Assembly (NCBI GenBank): GCA_022824145.1
Contig: JAJEAY010000139.1
Coordinates: 9,781 to 73,780 of the forward strand
Source: Rhodobacter sp.
GTDB taxonomy: Bacteria > Pseudomonadota > Alphaproteobacteria > Rhodobacterales > Rhodobacteraceae
Reading direction: 5' to 3'
Length of the DNA: 64,000 bases
Positions within the stretch are counted from its first letter, which is position 1, and each line of letters opens with the position of its first letter. The notes beneath the pieces were generated by a model that was not told the origin of the DNA, did not search any database, and saw only the letters and a list, made by a program, of their open reading frames with translations. A program made the translations under genes and the position numbers. Positions 8,933-19,121 of this stretch are shown here, piece after piece.

Positions 8933-11341
8933 TCAGGCCCTCATTGCCGCGCCCTCAGGATCATAGGGTGACGGCGCGATCACACGTGCGCTGCGCTCCT
9001 TACCCACAATGTGAACGGTCAGTTCCGTGCCTTCCGAACTTACTGCGTCATCAATCATGGCCATCGCGAGAGACTTGCCCACCGTGTGACCGAATCCCCC
9101 GGACGTGACAAAGCCAACCCGTTTCCCGTTCTGCCAAACAGGTTCATACCCACTTGCATCCGCGTCCGTTGCATCAACTTCGATGGTGACCACGCGTTGC
9201 TCCGGCGGATTTACGTCCCGCTCGGTCAAAGCCGCCTCACGGCCGACGAAGTCGCCTTTGCCCCACGCGATCCAGCGGTCCATGCCGGTCTGTCCAGGAG
9301 TGTACGCTTGGGTAAATTCCGTGCTCCAGATGCCAAAGCTTTTCTCAAGTCGCAGGCTTAACAACGCGTTGTAGCCTACCTCGCGAATTCCAAACTCTTC
9401 ACCTGCTGCCAGAAGCGTGTCACGAAGCGTGACATGTTCTGTCGCTGAGCAATGGATTTCGTAGCCAAGTTCTCCGGTGACGGAAAGACGTCCGACCTTG
9501 ACGCGAAGCAAGCCAATGTCGAACGTTCCACACCTCATGAACGGCAGGTCGCAAATTGAGTCGCCAGCGGCAAGTTCGATGACTGAACGGCTCTTGGGCC
9601 CGGAAAGGCTGAAGCCCAAGGTGGCGTCAGATATATCCCTGACCGTAACATCATCTCCCATGCGGTCCTGGAACCATCGCATATGCCATTCGCGCAGGTA
9701 ATAGCTGCCCATAATCCACCAAGTGCCGTCGCCCCAGTTGAATATGGTCAGATCTCCCTTCAGCTTGCCCTCGGGGCTGAGCATCGGGGCCAAGCGAACG
9801 CCGCCCGGTGCGGGAAGCCTGCAGGCCATCATATGGTCAAGCCAGGCTTCCGCTTCGGCGCCTGTGACCTCAAAGCGCGAAAATCCTGAAATATCGAGAA
9901 GGCCAACGCCTTCACGCGCAGCCTTGCATTCTTCAGCCACGAGGCCGAACGCGTTTGAACGCTTGAGCGTCGGCGTCTCCTTAAAGTCCGCAGACGGCGC
10001 GAAGTAGAGCGGAACTTCGAGTCCCCAACTAGCCCCCCATTGGCAGCCAGCGGCAGACATGGCGTCGTAAGCCGGCGATTTTTTCAGAGGACGCCCGGCA
10101 GGCAGCTGCTCATTCGGGTAAGTCATCACGAACCGGCGCATGTAGAACTGGCCGGTTGTTTCCTTGATGAACCGCCTGTTCTCAGCCCATGGACCGTAAC
10201 GCGCCACATCCATGCCAAAGACATCCGCTTCCGGTTCACCGTGGATCATCCACTCCGCCAGCGATTTGCCGACACCTCCTCCTTGGAGGAAGCCAGCCAT
10301 CACCGCGCAGGCGCACCAGTATCCGGGTTTGCCGCGCACCGGACCAACAAGTGGGTTTCCATCAGGCGAAAACGTAAATGCCCCGTTCACCCAGGTCTTG
10401 ACGCCTACTTCCTTCAACGCCGGATAGCGCTCGAAACCCAACGTAAGCTCCCGCTCGATCCGGTCTGGGTCTTCCTGCTGGAGCTGCATGCCGTAGTTCC
10501 ACGGCGCTCCGTCCATCATCCAGTGTTCATGATTGATCTCGTAAATGCCCAGAAGCATTCCCTTCTGGTCCTGGCGCATATAGGTGAAACCCTCGAGGTC
10601 CACGACAAGCGGAACCTCTTTCTCAAAGTTTTCAAGCTCCGGCACTGTGTCCGAAATCAGATAGTGATGGTTGAGAGGGGAAACCGGAAGCTCGATTCCA
10701 GCCATCCGTCCCACCTGTTTGGCCCACAACCCTGCCGCGTTCACAACATGGTCGGTTCGAACCGTTCCGTTCTCGGTCACGACTTCCCAACCTTCGGCCG
10801 TCTGGTTCAGTTCAAGCACGCGGTTATGTTCGATGATCTCTGCACCGCGCTTTTTTGCGGCGCCGGCATAGGCGTGTACGGTCCCGGTTGTGTCGACATA
10901 TCCCTCGCGATCGGCCCACATTCCCCCAAGAATTCCGTGGGTCGACATGACGGGGCAATGCTCTCCCGCCTCCTCTGGGGTAATCAGATGAACGTCTTCA
11001 ATGCCTATGGATTGGAACACCCGGTAAGCCGACTGCAGCCATTCCCAACGATCCGGTGTGCCCGCAAGCGTCATTCCGCCGGTCATGTGCATCCCGACCG
11101 ACTGACCCGACTCCTTCTCGATTTCGCTCAATAGATCAATGGTGTAGGCTTGCAGGTTCGCGATATTCGGGTCTGCATTCAGCGCGTGGAACCCGCCTGC
11201 GGCGTGCCAGCTTGAGCCGCAAGTCAGAACGTCTCGCTCGATCAGACAAACATCCTTCCAGCCGAATTTCGCCAGATGGTAAATCACCGAGGTTCCTACG
11301 ACCCCTCCGCCAATAACGACCGCTTGATAGTGAGACTTCAT
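8933..11341 (-). CDS. FAD-dependent oxidoreductase fused to a GcvT-type aminomethyltransferase domain (dimethylglycine/sarcosine dehydrogenase family)
   Basis: Start at the ATG at 11341 (MKSHYQAVVIGGGVVGTSVIYHL, a dinucleotide-binding GxGxxG) with GAGGAAAAAA upstream. The C-terminal half has a GcvT-like fold signature (..GYEIH..). Confidence 0.9.
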   Translation of the reverse strand: MKSHYQAVVIGGGVVGTSVIYHLAKFGWKDVCLIERDVLTCGSSWHAAGGFHALNADPNIANLQAYTIDLLSEIEKESGQSVGMHMTGGMTLAGTPDRWEWLQSAYRVFQSIGIEDVHLITPEEAGEHCPVMSTHGILGGMWADREGYVDTTGTVHAYAGAAKKRGAEIIEHNRVLELNQTAEGWEVVTENGTVRTDHVVNAAGLWAKQVGRMAGIELPVSPLNHHYLISDTVPELENFEKEVPLVVDLEGFTYMRQDQKGMLLGIYEINHEHWMMDGAPWNYGMQLQQEDPDRIERELTLGFERYPALKEVGVKTWVNGAFTFSPDGNPLVGPVRGKPGYWCACAVMAGFLQGGGVGKSLAEWMIHGEPEADVFGMDVARYGPWAENRRFIKETTGQFYMRRFVMTYPNEQLPAGRPLKKSPAYDAMSAAGCQWGASWGLEVPLYFAPSADFKETPTLKRSNAFGLVAEECKAAREGVGLLDISGFSRFEVTGAEAEAWLDHMMACRLPAPGGVRLAPMLSPEGKLKGDLTIFNWGDGTWWIMGSYYLREWHMRWFQDRMGDDVTVRDISDATLGFSLSGPKSRSVIELAAGDSICDLPFMRCGTFDIGLLRVKVGRLSVTGELGYEIHCSATEHVTLRDTLLAAGEEFGIREVGYNALLSLRLEKSFGIWSTEFTQAYTPGQTGMDRWIAWGKGDFVGREAALTERDVNPPEQRVVTIEVDATDADASGYEPVWQNGKRVGFVTSGGFGHTVGKSLAMAMIDDAVSSEGTELTVHIVGKERSARVIAPSPYDPEGAAMRA

Positions 11342-11879
11342 TTTTTCCTCATGACTGGCCGGACCTTTGAGCTTCGGATTCACACTTCCTGCGTCGTTCC
11401 TGAATGCACCTATCGTTTGGCCAATCAGTGCACATGTGTCCAGAGAAAATTCAAGTGCGGAATCCTCTCGCAGATCTCCGGTAGAAGGCCATTCGGTTGG
11501 ACGCCTTGTACAAGTGGAACATTGCAATGTACGCCGGTCTTAAAATGCAGATTGCAGGTAACTTGAAAACCGGTGAACCAAGCCTTCGGCGAGCACAGCC
11601 GTTAATCGTGTTGCCGTTTGCCAGACGGTGGAAACTCGGAGCGGCGGAAGAACCACTGCCGCCGACAGGCCGACCGTCATCGGGACTCAGCGCATATGCC
11701 GGAACCGGAACGGGCAGCCTGCAAAGGGCGCAGTCCCGACCTTTCCGCCGCAGCGTACTGGCTCAAGGCTCTCCGTCCAAGAACAGGTCAAGCTAATCTA
11801 TGTCAATTCCACGAACCGATCGGAATCGAGAATCCTCAATGCCAGCTCACGGAATCGAACGAGGCAGTCCCACAGCCAG

Positions 11880-12743
11880 TCAGAGCCTGTTCACTGGAAC
11901 CTTCAGGAATGTGTTTCCTTCCTCATCAGGAGGAGGCATCTTTCCAGCCCTCATATTCACCTGCAGCGAAGGAACGATCAGCCTAGGCATCGAGAGCGTC
12001 CTGTCCCGGCTTTGGCGCATCTCGACAAACTCCCGTGATCCAACGCCATCCCGAATATGCACGTTCTTGGCCTTTTGCTCCCCAACGGTAGACTCCCAAG
12101 CATACTCGTCACGCCCCGGTGCCTTGTAATCATGTCCAACAAAAATCCGCGTGCTGTCAGGCAGGGAGAGTATCTTCTGGATCGAACTGAACAGATCCTC
12201 GGCAGACCCGCCGGGAAAGTCACAGCGCGCAGTGCCGAAATCGGGCATGAACAGAGTGTCGCCAACAAAGGCGGCGTCACCGATCACATATGTCATGCAA
12301 GCCGGTGTATGCCCTGGAGTATGCAGCACGTCACCGCGAAGCTGGCCAACGAAAAAGCTGTCACCTTCTGTGAAAAGCCTGTCGAACTGGCTGCCGTCGC
12401 GCTGAAACTCAGTGCCTTCGTTAAAGACCTTTCCGAAAGCGTCCTGTACAACAGTGATGTTTTCGCCGATGCCAATCCGTCCGCCAAGCCTATCCTGAAT
12501 GTATGGCGCTGCGGACAAGTGGTCAGCATGCACATGGGTCTCAAGTATCCACTGCAGATCAAGGTCTTCTTCGAGCAGAAATTCGATTACGCGGTCAGCT
12601 GAACGGGTGTCGGTGCGTCCGCTCGCGTAGTCGAAGTCGAGCACACTGTCTATCACTGCGCAGCCACGGCCCTGTGGGTCGCGCAAAACGTAGGACACGG
12701 TGTTCGTTGCCTGGTCGAAGAATGCGGTAACGTCTGGTGACAT
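11880..12743 (-). CDS. MBL-fold metallo-hydrolase, type II persulfide dioxygenase-like
   Basis: THVHADH metal motif, HTPGHTP, and a C-terminal ..LKVPVNRL tail. Start at the ATG at 12743 (MSPDVTAFFDQATNT). Confidence 0.85.
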   Translation of the reverse strand: MSPDVTAFFDQATNTVSYVLRDPQGRGCAVIDSVLDFDYASGRTDTRSADRVIEFLLEEDLDLQWILETHVHADHLSAAPYIQDRLGGRIGIGENITVVQDAFGKVFNEGTEFQRDGSQFDRLFTEGDSFFVGQLRGDVLHTPGHTPACMTYVIGDAAFVGDTLFMPDFGTARCDFPGGSAEDLFSSIQKILSLPDSTRIFVGHDYKAPGRDEYAWESTVGEQKAKNVHIRDGVGSREFVEMRQSRDRTLSMPRLIVPSLQVNMRAGKMPPPDEEGNTFLKVPVNRL

Positions 12744-13037
12744 GAGGCAGATCCTTGAGTCCGATCTACGATAGCGAATGAATACATCGGCTTTCCGGGG
12801 ATTCAAGGCACAATGCCAAAGATCGTCTCTGTCGCGCAGGACCGGGGATGGTCAGCAGTCCCTCTAGGCAGCAGAAGAGTCCTTCGGCGAGATCCATGCA
12901 ATGCCGGCACTTCGCAGACTTCGGCGGAAGCTCCATAGCCCAGCACCTTTGTCCCAAGACGTACACTGGAACGCCGCCGGGCATCCGCTTGTTTACGGCC
13001 ATGATCGGATGGACGCAGCTCTGTTCGACGGACCCGC

Positions 13038-13313
13038 TCATCGGAGAATCCGAAAGGCATCATGTTCTGAAGGTTCCGCAGGTTCATGCACAACCGATTC
13101 GACATGAGAGTACCGCGGTCCTTTCCAGAATGCCCGCAGCATCTCGCTGATCCTTGGCTCCGGTCCCGAAATCAGGGCGCAGACCGACCCGTCCGCTTCA
13201 TTCCTAACCCATCCTGCCAAACCCAAGCGCACAGCTTCCCTCTTTGTCCAACCCCGAAACCATACACCCTGCACAAGACCGGTCACCCTTACCCTGAATG
13301 CGACATCGTGCAT
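13038..13313 (-). CDS. acyP: Acylphosphatase
   Basis: A 91-aa product from the ATG at 13313: VTGLVQGVWFRGWTKREAVRLGLAGWVRNEADGSV. The upstream 73 codons of the ORF track are Cys/Arg-rich junk. Confidence 0.85.
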   Translation of the reverse strand: MHDVAFRVRVTGLVQGVWFRGWTKREAVRLGLAGWVRNEADGSVCALISGPEPRISEMLRAFWKGPRYSHVESVVHEPAEPSEHDAFRILR

Positions 13314-13602
13314 GCGACTCCCCTGCGAATGACTGTGGGGCCTTCTGTGTAACCGAAAGCGATTGCGTTCGGAAACTGAATGCGAGCGAACCGACTGCAG
13401 CACGACCGCTGGTCTTCGGCCATCAGGACACAGTGGCCGGCCCGAACAGCAAAGGCAGGCGCAGCTTGGAAGAATTGCGCCAAAACGTATCGACAGACCC
13501 GACCTGTCACACAGCACACACCCGCTTTCCACCGGAACGTTGCATGGCGACCGGCCATGGTTCCACTTGACGACGCATGGGTCACCGCATCATATCCGCG
13601 CC

Positions 13603-15402
13603 ATGACCGAACTCGACCGCATACGCAATTTCTCCATTGTGGCCCACATTGACCACGGTAAGTCCACCCTTGCGGACCGGTTGATACAGATGACCGGAAC
13701 GGTGGATGCCCGGGATATGCAGGAACAGCTGCTCGACAGCATGGATATCGAGCGCGAACGCGGAATCACGATAAAGGCCAACACCGTTCGGATAGACTAT
13801 GTCGCCAGAAACGGCGAAGCCTACGTACTTAACCTCATCGACACTCCGGGACACGTCGATTTCGCGTATGAAGTCTCACGGTCAATGCGAGCGGTTGAGG
13901 GTTCGCTACTTGTCGTCGACGCCACCCAAGGAGTAGAGGCGCAGACTCTGGCGAACGTTTACCAGGCAATCGACGCCGACCATGAGATCGTTCCCGTCCT
14001 CAACAAGATAGACCTTCCCGCTGCCGAACCTGACCGCGTGCGGGAACAGATCGAGGACGTGATCGGCATCGACGCCGCCGACGCGGTCGAAATCAGCGCC
14101 AAGACCGGTGCGGGAATTCCCGATCTTCTGGAGGCCATCGTCCACCGCTTTCCCGCTCCCGTGGGCGACCGGGGGTCACCTCTCAAGGCCATGCTGGTTG
14201 ACAGCCGGTACGACCCGTATCTGGGTGTCGTTGTCATGATCCGTGTCATGGATGGCGTCGTCCGAAAAAACGACCGCATCCGGATGATGCAGACCGGCGC
14301 AACATACGGAATCGACAGGCTCGCGGTTCTGAAGCCGAAAATGGCCGACATTCCTGAACTTGGCCCCGGCGAAATAGGAATCCTGACCGCGTCGATCAAG
14401 CAGGTCCGGGACACGAAGGTCGGCGACACCATCACCCATGAAAAGCGGCAGGCCGCCGAACCGCTGGAGGGATTCGCCCCTTCGGTACCCGTCGTGTTCT
14501 GCGGACTCTTTCCGGTGGATTCGGCCGAGTTTCCCGACCTGCGCGCCGCCATGGAGAAACTTGCCCTGAACGACGCCTCGTTCTCCCACGAAATGGAATC
14601 ATCGGCTTCTCTGGGTTTCGGTTTCCGCTGCGGCTTCCTTGGTCTCCTCCATCTCGAGGTGATCCGTGACCGCCTTGAACGGGAATATGGAATTGACCTC
14701 GTCACAACAGCGCCGTCGGTCATCTACCATGTACATATGAAAGATGGCGAGAGGCTGGAGCTCCATAACCCGGCCGACATGCCTGACCTTACCCGTGTCA
14801 GCCACATTGAGGAGCCGCGCATAAAGGCAACGGTTCTGGTTCCAGACGAATACCTGGGTGACATCCTCAAGCTGTGCCAGGAACGAAGGGGAGTCCAACT
14901 GGACCTGAGCTACGCGGGCTCACGCGCCATGGTGGTCTACGACCTTCCGCTGAATGAAGTCGTCTTCGACTTTTATGACAGGCTGAAGTCTGTGACGCGG
15001 GGCTATGCGAGCTTCGATTACCAGATGATCGGGTACCGGCAGGACAGTCTTGTCAAGATGCAGGTACTGGTCAATGAGGAACCGGTCGACGCACTCTCGG
15101 TCATGGTGCATAGGGACAGAGCCGAAGCCCGCGGCCGCGCCATGGTTGAGAAGCTGAAGGATCTGATCCCCCGCCATATGTTCAAGATCCCGATTCAGGC
15201 GGCAATCGGCGGAAAGGTCATCGCAAGGGAAACCCTGTCGGCGCTCAGAAAGGACGTAACCGCGAAATGCTACGGCGGTGACGTGACCAGAAAGCGTAAG
15301 CTCCTTGAGAAACAGAAGGCAGGGAAAAAGAAAATGCGCCAGTTCGGAAGGGTGGAGATTCCGCAGGAAGCGTTCATTTCGGCTCTGAAGATTGACCAGT
15401 AA
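13603..15402 (+). CDS. lepA: Translation elongation factor 4
   Basis: [19 protein letters not shown]-domain, full-length LepA architecture, C-terminal ..[18 protein letters not shown]. Start at the ATG at 13603. Confidence 0.97.
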   Translation: MTELDRIRNFSIVAHIDHGKSTLADRLIQMTGTVDARDMQEQLLDSMDIERERGITIKANTVRIDYVARNGEAYVLNLIDTPGHVDFAYEVSRSMRAVEGSLLVVDATQGVEAQTLANVYQAIDADHEIVPVLNKIDLPAAEPDRVREQIEDVIGIDAADAVEISAKTGAGIPDLLEAIVHRFPAPVGDRGSPLKAMLVDSRYDPYLGVVVMIRVMDGVVRKNDRIRMMQTGATYGIDRLAVLKPKMADIPELGPGEIGILTASIKQVRDTKVGDTITHEKRQAAEPLEGFAPSVPVVFCGLFPVDSAEFPDLRAAMEKLALNDASFSHEMESSASLGFGFRCGFLGLLHLEVIRDRLEREYGIDLVTTAPSVIYHVHMKDGERLELHNPADMPDLTRVSHIEEPRIKATVLVPDEYLGDILKLCQERRGVQLDLSYAGSRAMVVYDLPLNEVVFDFYDRLKSVTRGYASFDYQMIGYRQDSLVKMQVLVNEEPVDALSVMVHRDRAEARGRAMVEKLKDLIPRHMFKIPIQAAIGGKVIARETLSALRKDVTAKCYGGDVTRKRKLLEKQKAGKKKMRQFGRVEIPQEAFISALKIDQ

Positions 15403-15510
15403 ACGCCGGAGATCCCCGTTTCTGGAGACTTCGCCATAATCAAGATGTCGCCGTTACGGGAGACCGAATTCCATCGGAAATGCTGTGATTACCAAGGATT
15501 CAGTGCCACC

Positions 15511-18186
15511 TTATGGCTGGCTCGGGACATACGGCAAGGTAACCCGGAACGCCGCCCCGCCCCGCCCCTGAAGATAGGAGATTGAACCGCCAAGCCTCTT
15601 CATGATCTCCCTGCAGATCGCCAGCCCCAAACCGGCGCCCCGCCCCTTGTCGGCCAGACGGGAGAACTTCTCGAAGATCACCGATTGGCTCCCATGCTCA
15701 ATTCCGGACCCGTTATCGACGAAATCCACGGTCAGACTGTCACCGTTCCTGCAGATTTCGATGTCAAGCCGGGGCAACTCGGCATCGCAGTATTTTCTGA
15801 AATTCGAAATCAGGTTGATGAAAACCTGGGCCAAACGGTCGCTGTCCGTGATCAGCTGCACATGCTCGGCCTCGTTATCACGCGAAATTCTGAAAGGCCG
15901 GTCGCCTTCCATCAGGGACGTGACCGCAAACGCACGCTGCAGCACGTCGTGCAGGTCCGCTTGCTGGAGGTTCAGCGACACCTGGCCAGCCTCCAGCACG
16001 CCCAGATCCAGCAGATCGTCGAGCAGGCGCGTAAGCCGGACGGTTTCATCCTGAATGATTCCGGAAAACCGCTTCCGCTGGCTCTCCGTAATCTCCTCCG
16101 TCATCAGGATCTCGGAGGATGACCGGATCGAAGCCATCGGGGTACGCAGCTCGTGGCTGATTTGGCTAAGAAACGCGTCCTTCTGAATGGAAAGAGCTGT
16201 CAGCTTTTCGTTCGCCTCACGCAGTTGGCTCGCGGTACGCTCGATCTCCTCGGACTGCGCCTTGACCCGCACGGAATATTCCATGACCTGCGCAGTTTCG
16301 TCCGCAACTGCCAGAAGATCCTCGAACGAAACCGTCGAGCCGCCAACTATCTGGCTGACCATTGCGTGCGCGGTCGCGGCGCCAACCGACCCAGCGAGTT
16401 CACGTTCCAGAGATTCCATAAATTCCGGAGTGGTGTCAGGCAGACCGGTTGCCTTTCCCTGCGAACGTGCCGCCTGCGCAAACAGTTCCTGCGCCTCGAC
16501 CGCGCCGAGTATCCTCTGCGACATAGCCAGTAGATCCTCCGCTTCGGCCACACTGGAGGTCCAGCCGGTGGGGCTGCGGGAATGTTGGTACACATTGACG
16601 AACAGCCCGCCCTGGAGGCGCTCAAGCGGGTTCGGGATGCTAAAGATCGATCCAAGCAGGAAGGCTATGGTGTTCAGAGCAATGGACCAGAACACGGCGT
16701 GAACCAGCGGATCGAGCCCGTCGATTCCGAAGAGCGCATGCGGCCTCAGCCAAGAAACGCCGAAAGGTCCGTTCTGCAGAACGCTGGCCGACATTGCGAA
16801 GCTGTCACCGAAGCTTGGGAGAAACATCGTGTAGGCCCACACGGAAAATCCGATTGCCAGGCCAAGCGCCGCGCCGACCCGCGTTGCCCCACGCCAGAAT
16901 ATGCCGCCCAGCAGCGGCGGAATTATCTGCGCCACGCCTGCGAAGCTGATTAGGCCGATTGCTGCCAGCGCCTCGCCGCCGCCAGAAAACTCGAGGTAAA
17001 GAAAGCCGAGAAGCAGCACCCCGCCGATCGCGATTCGGCGTGACAGCAGCACGACATGACGAATGTCGCCGGACATGGTGGCGCGATCGGCCCGCAGGCT
17101 GAGCCAGACCGGCATCACAGCGTGATTGGACACCATGGTCGAAAGGGCAATGGCAGCGACAATGACCATAGATGTCGCCGAACTGAATCCGCCCAGAAAG
17201 GCAAGCATCGCCAGCTTGTCGTGCCCAAGCGCAAGTGGAACTGTCAGAACGTAAAGGTCGGGGTTTCCGTCAGGCAGAACACCAAGCCCCGTTACGGCAA
17301 TGGGGATGACGAAAAGGCTCATCAACAGCAGATAGAGAGGAAACGCCCAGCTCGCGACCGCAACATGGCGCTCAGTAGTGTTTTCGACCACCATGACCTG
17401 AAACATGCGGGGAAGGCAGATAAAGGCCGCTGCCGAAAGGAAGATCAGAGTAGTCCAGCGTCCGCCATTCAGGTTCCAGATCCCGATCTCCGAGGCTTCA
17501 GCCCGCGCCATTACGTCAGCAGGGCCTCCAGAAAGTCCCCAAACCACGAAAACACCAACCGCAAGAAGCGCAACCAGCTTTACTACCGCCTCCAAAGCGA
17601 TGGCAGTCACAACTCCGTGGTGACGCTCGTTCGCATCAAGCCTGCGGGTGCCGAAAAGTACGGTGAAGACTGCAAGCCCGAACGCGACAAACAGCGCGGT
17701 GACGTTGAATTCATCCGAGTGCCAGGCGGATGCTCCGCTGCCCGAAAACACCGAAAACGACTGCGTCACTGACTGCAGCTGAAGCGCGATGTAGGGTGTG
17801 GTGCCGATAACTGCCAGCAGCGTAACGAGAACCGCCAGCAGATTCGATTTTCCATAGCGCGACGAAATGAGATCGGCGATCGAAGTTATGTGCTGCGACC
17901 GTCCGATGCGTACCAGTTTCCGGACCACCCACCACCATCCGATCATCACCAATGTCGGGCCAAGGTAGATTGCAACAAATTCCAGACCGGAACGGACGGC
18001 ATATCCAACCGCTCCATAGAAGGTCCATGCCGTGCAGTAAATAGACAGCGACAGAGTGTAGACAAGCGGGGACCGAAGCCAACCGACTTCGCCCCGCACG
18101 GCGCGTCGCTCGGCCGCGAACGCAACACCGAACAGCAGCGCAACGTAAGCCAGGCATACCAGCACAAGTAGATTGAAGCCGATCAT
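15511..18186 (-). CDS. Sensor histidine kinase with N-terminal sodium:solute symporter (SLC5/SSF) domain, STAC linker, HisKA and HATPase_c; no receiver domain
   Basis: About 13 hydrophobic helices over the first ~520 aa. STAC-like segment AEDLLAMSQRILGAVEAQELF. H-box SHELRTPM, N-box NLISNFRKY, DNGSGI and GAGLGLAI. ATGA overlap with the upstream small ORF. Confidence 0.9.
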   Translation of the reverse strand: MIGFNLLVLVCLAYVALLFGVAFAAERRAVRGEVGWLRSPLVYTLSLSIYCTAWTFYGAVGYAVRSGLEFVAIYLGPTLVMIGWWWVVRKLVRIGRSQHITSIADLISSRYGKSNLLAVLVTLLAVIGTTPYIALQLQSVTQSFSVFSGSGASAWHSDEFNVTALFVAFGLAVFTVLFGTRRLDANERHHGVVTAIALEAVVKLVALLAVGVFVVWGLSGGPADVMARAEASEIGIWNLNGGRWTTLIFLSAAAFICLPRMFQVMVVENTTERHVAVASWAFPLYLLLMSLFVIPIAVTGLGVLPDGNPDLYVLTVPLALGHDKLAMLAFLGGFSSATSMVIVAAIALSTMVSNHAVMPVWLSLRADRATMSGDIRHVVLLSRRIAIGGVLLLGFLYLEFSGGGEALAAIGLISFAGVAQIIPPLLGGIFWRGATRVGAALGLAIGFSVWAYTMFLPSFGDSFAMSASVLQNGPFGVSWLRPHALFGIDGLDPLVHAVFWSIALNTIAFLLGSIFSIPNPLERLQGGLFVNVYQHSRSPTGWTSSVAEAEDLLAMSQRILGAVEAQELFAQAARSQGKATGLPDTTPEFMESLERELAGSVGAATAHAMVSQIVGGSTVSFEDLLAVADETAQVMEYSVRVKAQSEEIERTASQLREANEKLTALSIQKDAFLSQISHELRTPMASIRSSSEILMTEEITESQRKRFSGIIQDETVRLTRLLDDLLDLGVLEAGQVSLNLQQADLHDVLQRAFAVTSLMEGDRPFRISRDNEAEHVQLITDSDRLAQVFINLISNFRKYCDAELPRLDIEICRNGDSLTVDFVDNGSGIEHGSQSVIFEKFSRLADKGRGAGLGLAICREIMKRLGGSISYLQGRGGAAFRVTLPYVPSQP

Positions 18187-18449
18187 CCGTGCGGATTTCC
18201 CGTATCGCCGCCGTCATCCCTGCCAAGCCAGAGCGACAGCAGAGCCGACGCCACGATCAGAATGCCCCAGATCGAAAAGACAAACACAAATCCGCCGGCA
18301 GTTGTCACCGAATCACTTCCGCTGGTCGCGAGCACAGGAAGAATGAAGAGAAAAAAACCGATTACCGGCAGGAGCCGAGCCGCATCGGTTATCCTCTGGC
18401 GCCGATAGGCCCGGTGCTCCACACGTGAGATTCCGTCGCCCTGACTCAT
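18183..18449 (-). CDS. Small 2-TM membrane protein, translationally coupled between the receiver and kinase genes
   Basis: An 88-aa product with two hydrophobic helices (LLPVIGFFLFILPVLA; FVFVFSIWGILIVASALLSLWL). ATGA overlaps at both ends (18446-18449 and 18183-18186). Confidence 0.6.
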   Translation of the reverse strand: MSQGDGISRVEHRAYRRQRITDAARLLPVIGFFLFILPVLATSGSDSVTTAGGFVFVFSIWGILIVASALLSLWLGRDDGGDTGNPHG

Positions 18450-18814
18450 TCTCCGGTCAACTCGCGCAAGCAGTCGAGAACCTCATCATTCGAGAACGGC
18501 TTTGTCATAAAGCGGCTTGCGCCTGCGCGCTCGGCTAGTTCACGGTCCCGTCTCTGGCCACGTGCTGTCAGCATGAGAACCGGAAGCGACTCGGTCGCGG
18601 GATCCGAGCGGAGATCCCGCAGAATATCGAAACCGGACCGGTTCGGCAGCATCGCATCCAGAATCACGACATCCGGCGACCGCCTGATAACTTCCGCCTG
18701 CGCGGTAGCGCCGTCCGCGTGTGTGTGCACTGTCCAGCCGGCACGGGAGAGAACGAAACCGATGGCCTGCACGATATTGTGCTCATCCTCGATAAGCAGA
18801 ACCCGCTTGCTCAT
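18446..18814 (-). CDS. Stand-alone response-regulator receiver (CheY-like, no output domain)
   Basis: The ATG at 18814 gives MSKRVLLIEDEHNIV..DVVILDAMLP..LMLTARG..FMTKPF, the complete receiver motif set. The product is about 122 aa. Confidence 0.85.
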   Translation of the reverse strand: MSKRVLLIEDEHNIVQAIGFVLSRAGWTVHTHADGATAQAEVIRRSPDVVILDAMLPNRSGFDILRDLRSDPATESLPVLMLTARGQRRDRELAERAGASRFMTKPFSNDEVLDCLRELTGE

Positions 18815-19121
18815 CCAAACCCTCCTCCCAAGGGCAGCGTCAATTGCGAATATCGCTGATGGCTGAGCGGGTGTCAAAGAATGAGGCGCGGATGCAATTC
18901 CGGCCCGCGAAACACGAACGCATCCAATCGCGCCGGATACGGCCTGCCAGCGGGATTTCATCCTAGTTTCCGGAAGTATGGCCCGTTGACCGGGGCTGTG
19001 TCAATTGCTCGCGCCTGGATGGCCTGCCACCGAACACCGGGAATGCGGACATGGGAGCCGTACGGGCATCCCGGCTGCAGGAAACTGTATGCGGGCCAGT
19101 CGAACAAAGGTGAAGGAAAGA

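Noticed and set aside
10040-11134. Long antisense ORFs inside well-supported genes: 10040..11134 +, 20460..21446 +, 31391..32242 +, 35127..36194 +, 48548..49507 -, 49254..50531 -, 60659..61582 -.
   Set aside because: All are Arg/Pro/Gly-rich with no motifs, and all lie opposite genes with strong family signatures. This is the usual stop-codon-poor antisense frame of GC-rich DNA.
11560-11800. Glycine-riboswitch-like words (GGAGAG, CGCCGAAGG, CUGGCAAACGGC) on the minus strand upstream of the DMGDH-like gene.
   Set aside because: The elements occur in the wrong order and spacing for either aptamer, so no consistent fold can be drawn.
13363-13602. N-terminal extensions offered by the ORF track for lepA 13363, DMGDH-like 11527, acyP 13532, receiver 18961, SEC-C protein 19005, SBP 49215, glyA 5158, and the AraC gene 47709.
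   Set aside because: The extensions are compositionally odd and lack homology to the respective families. Internal ATGs with Shine-Dalgarno-like sequences give canonical N-termini.
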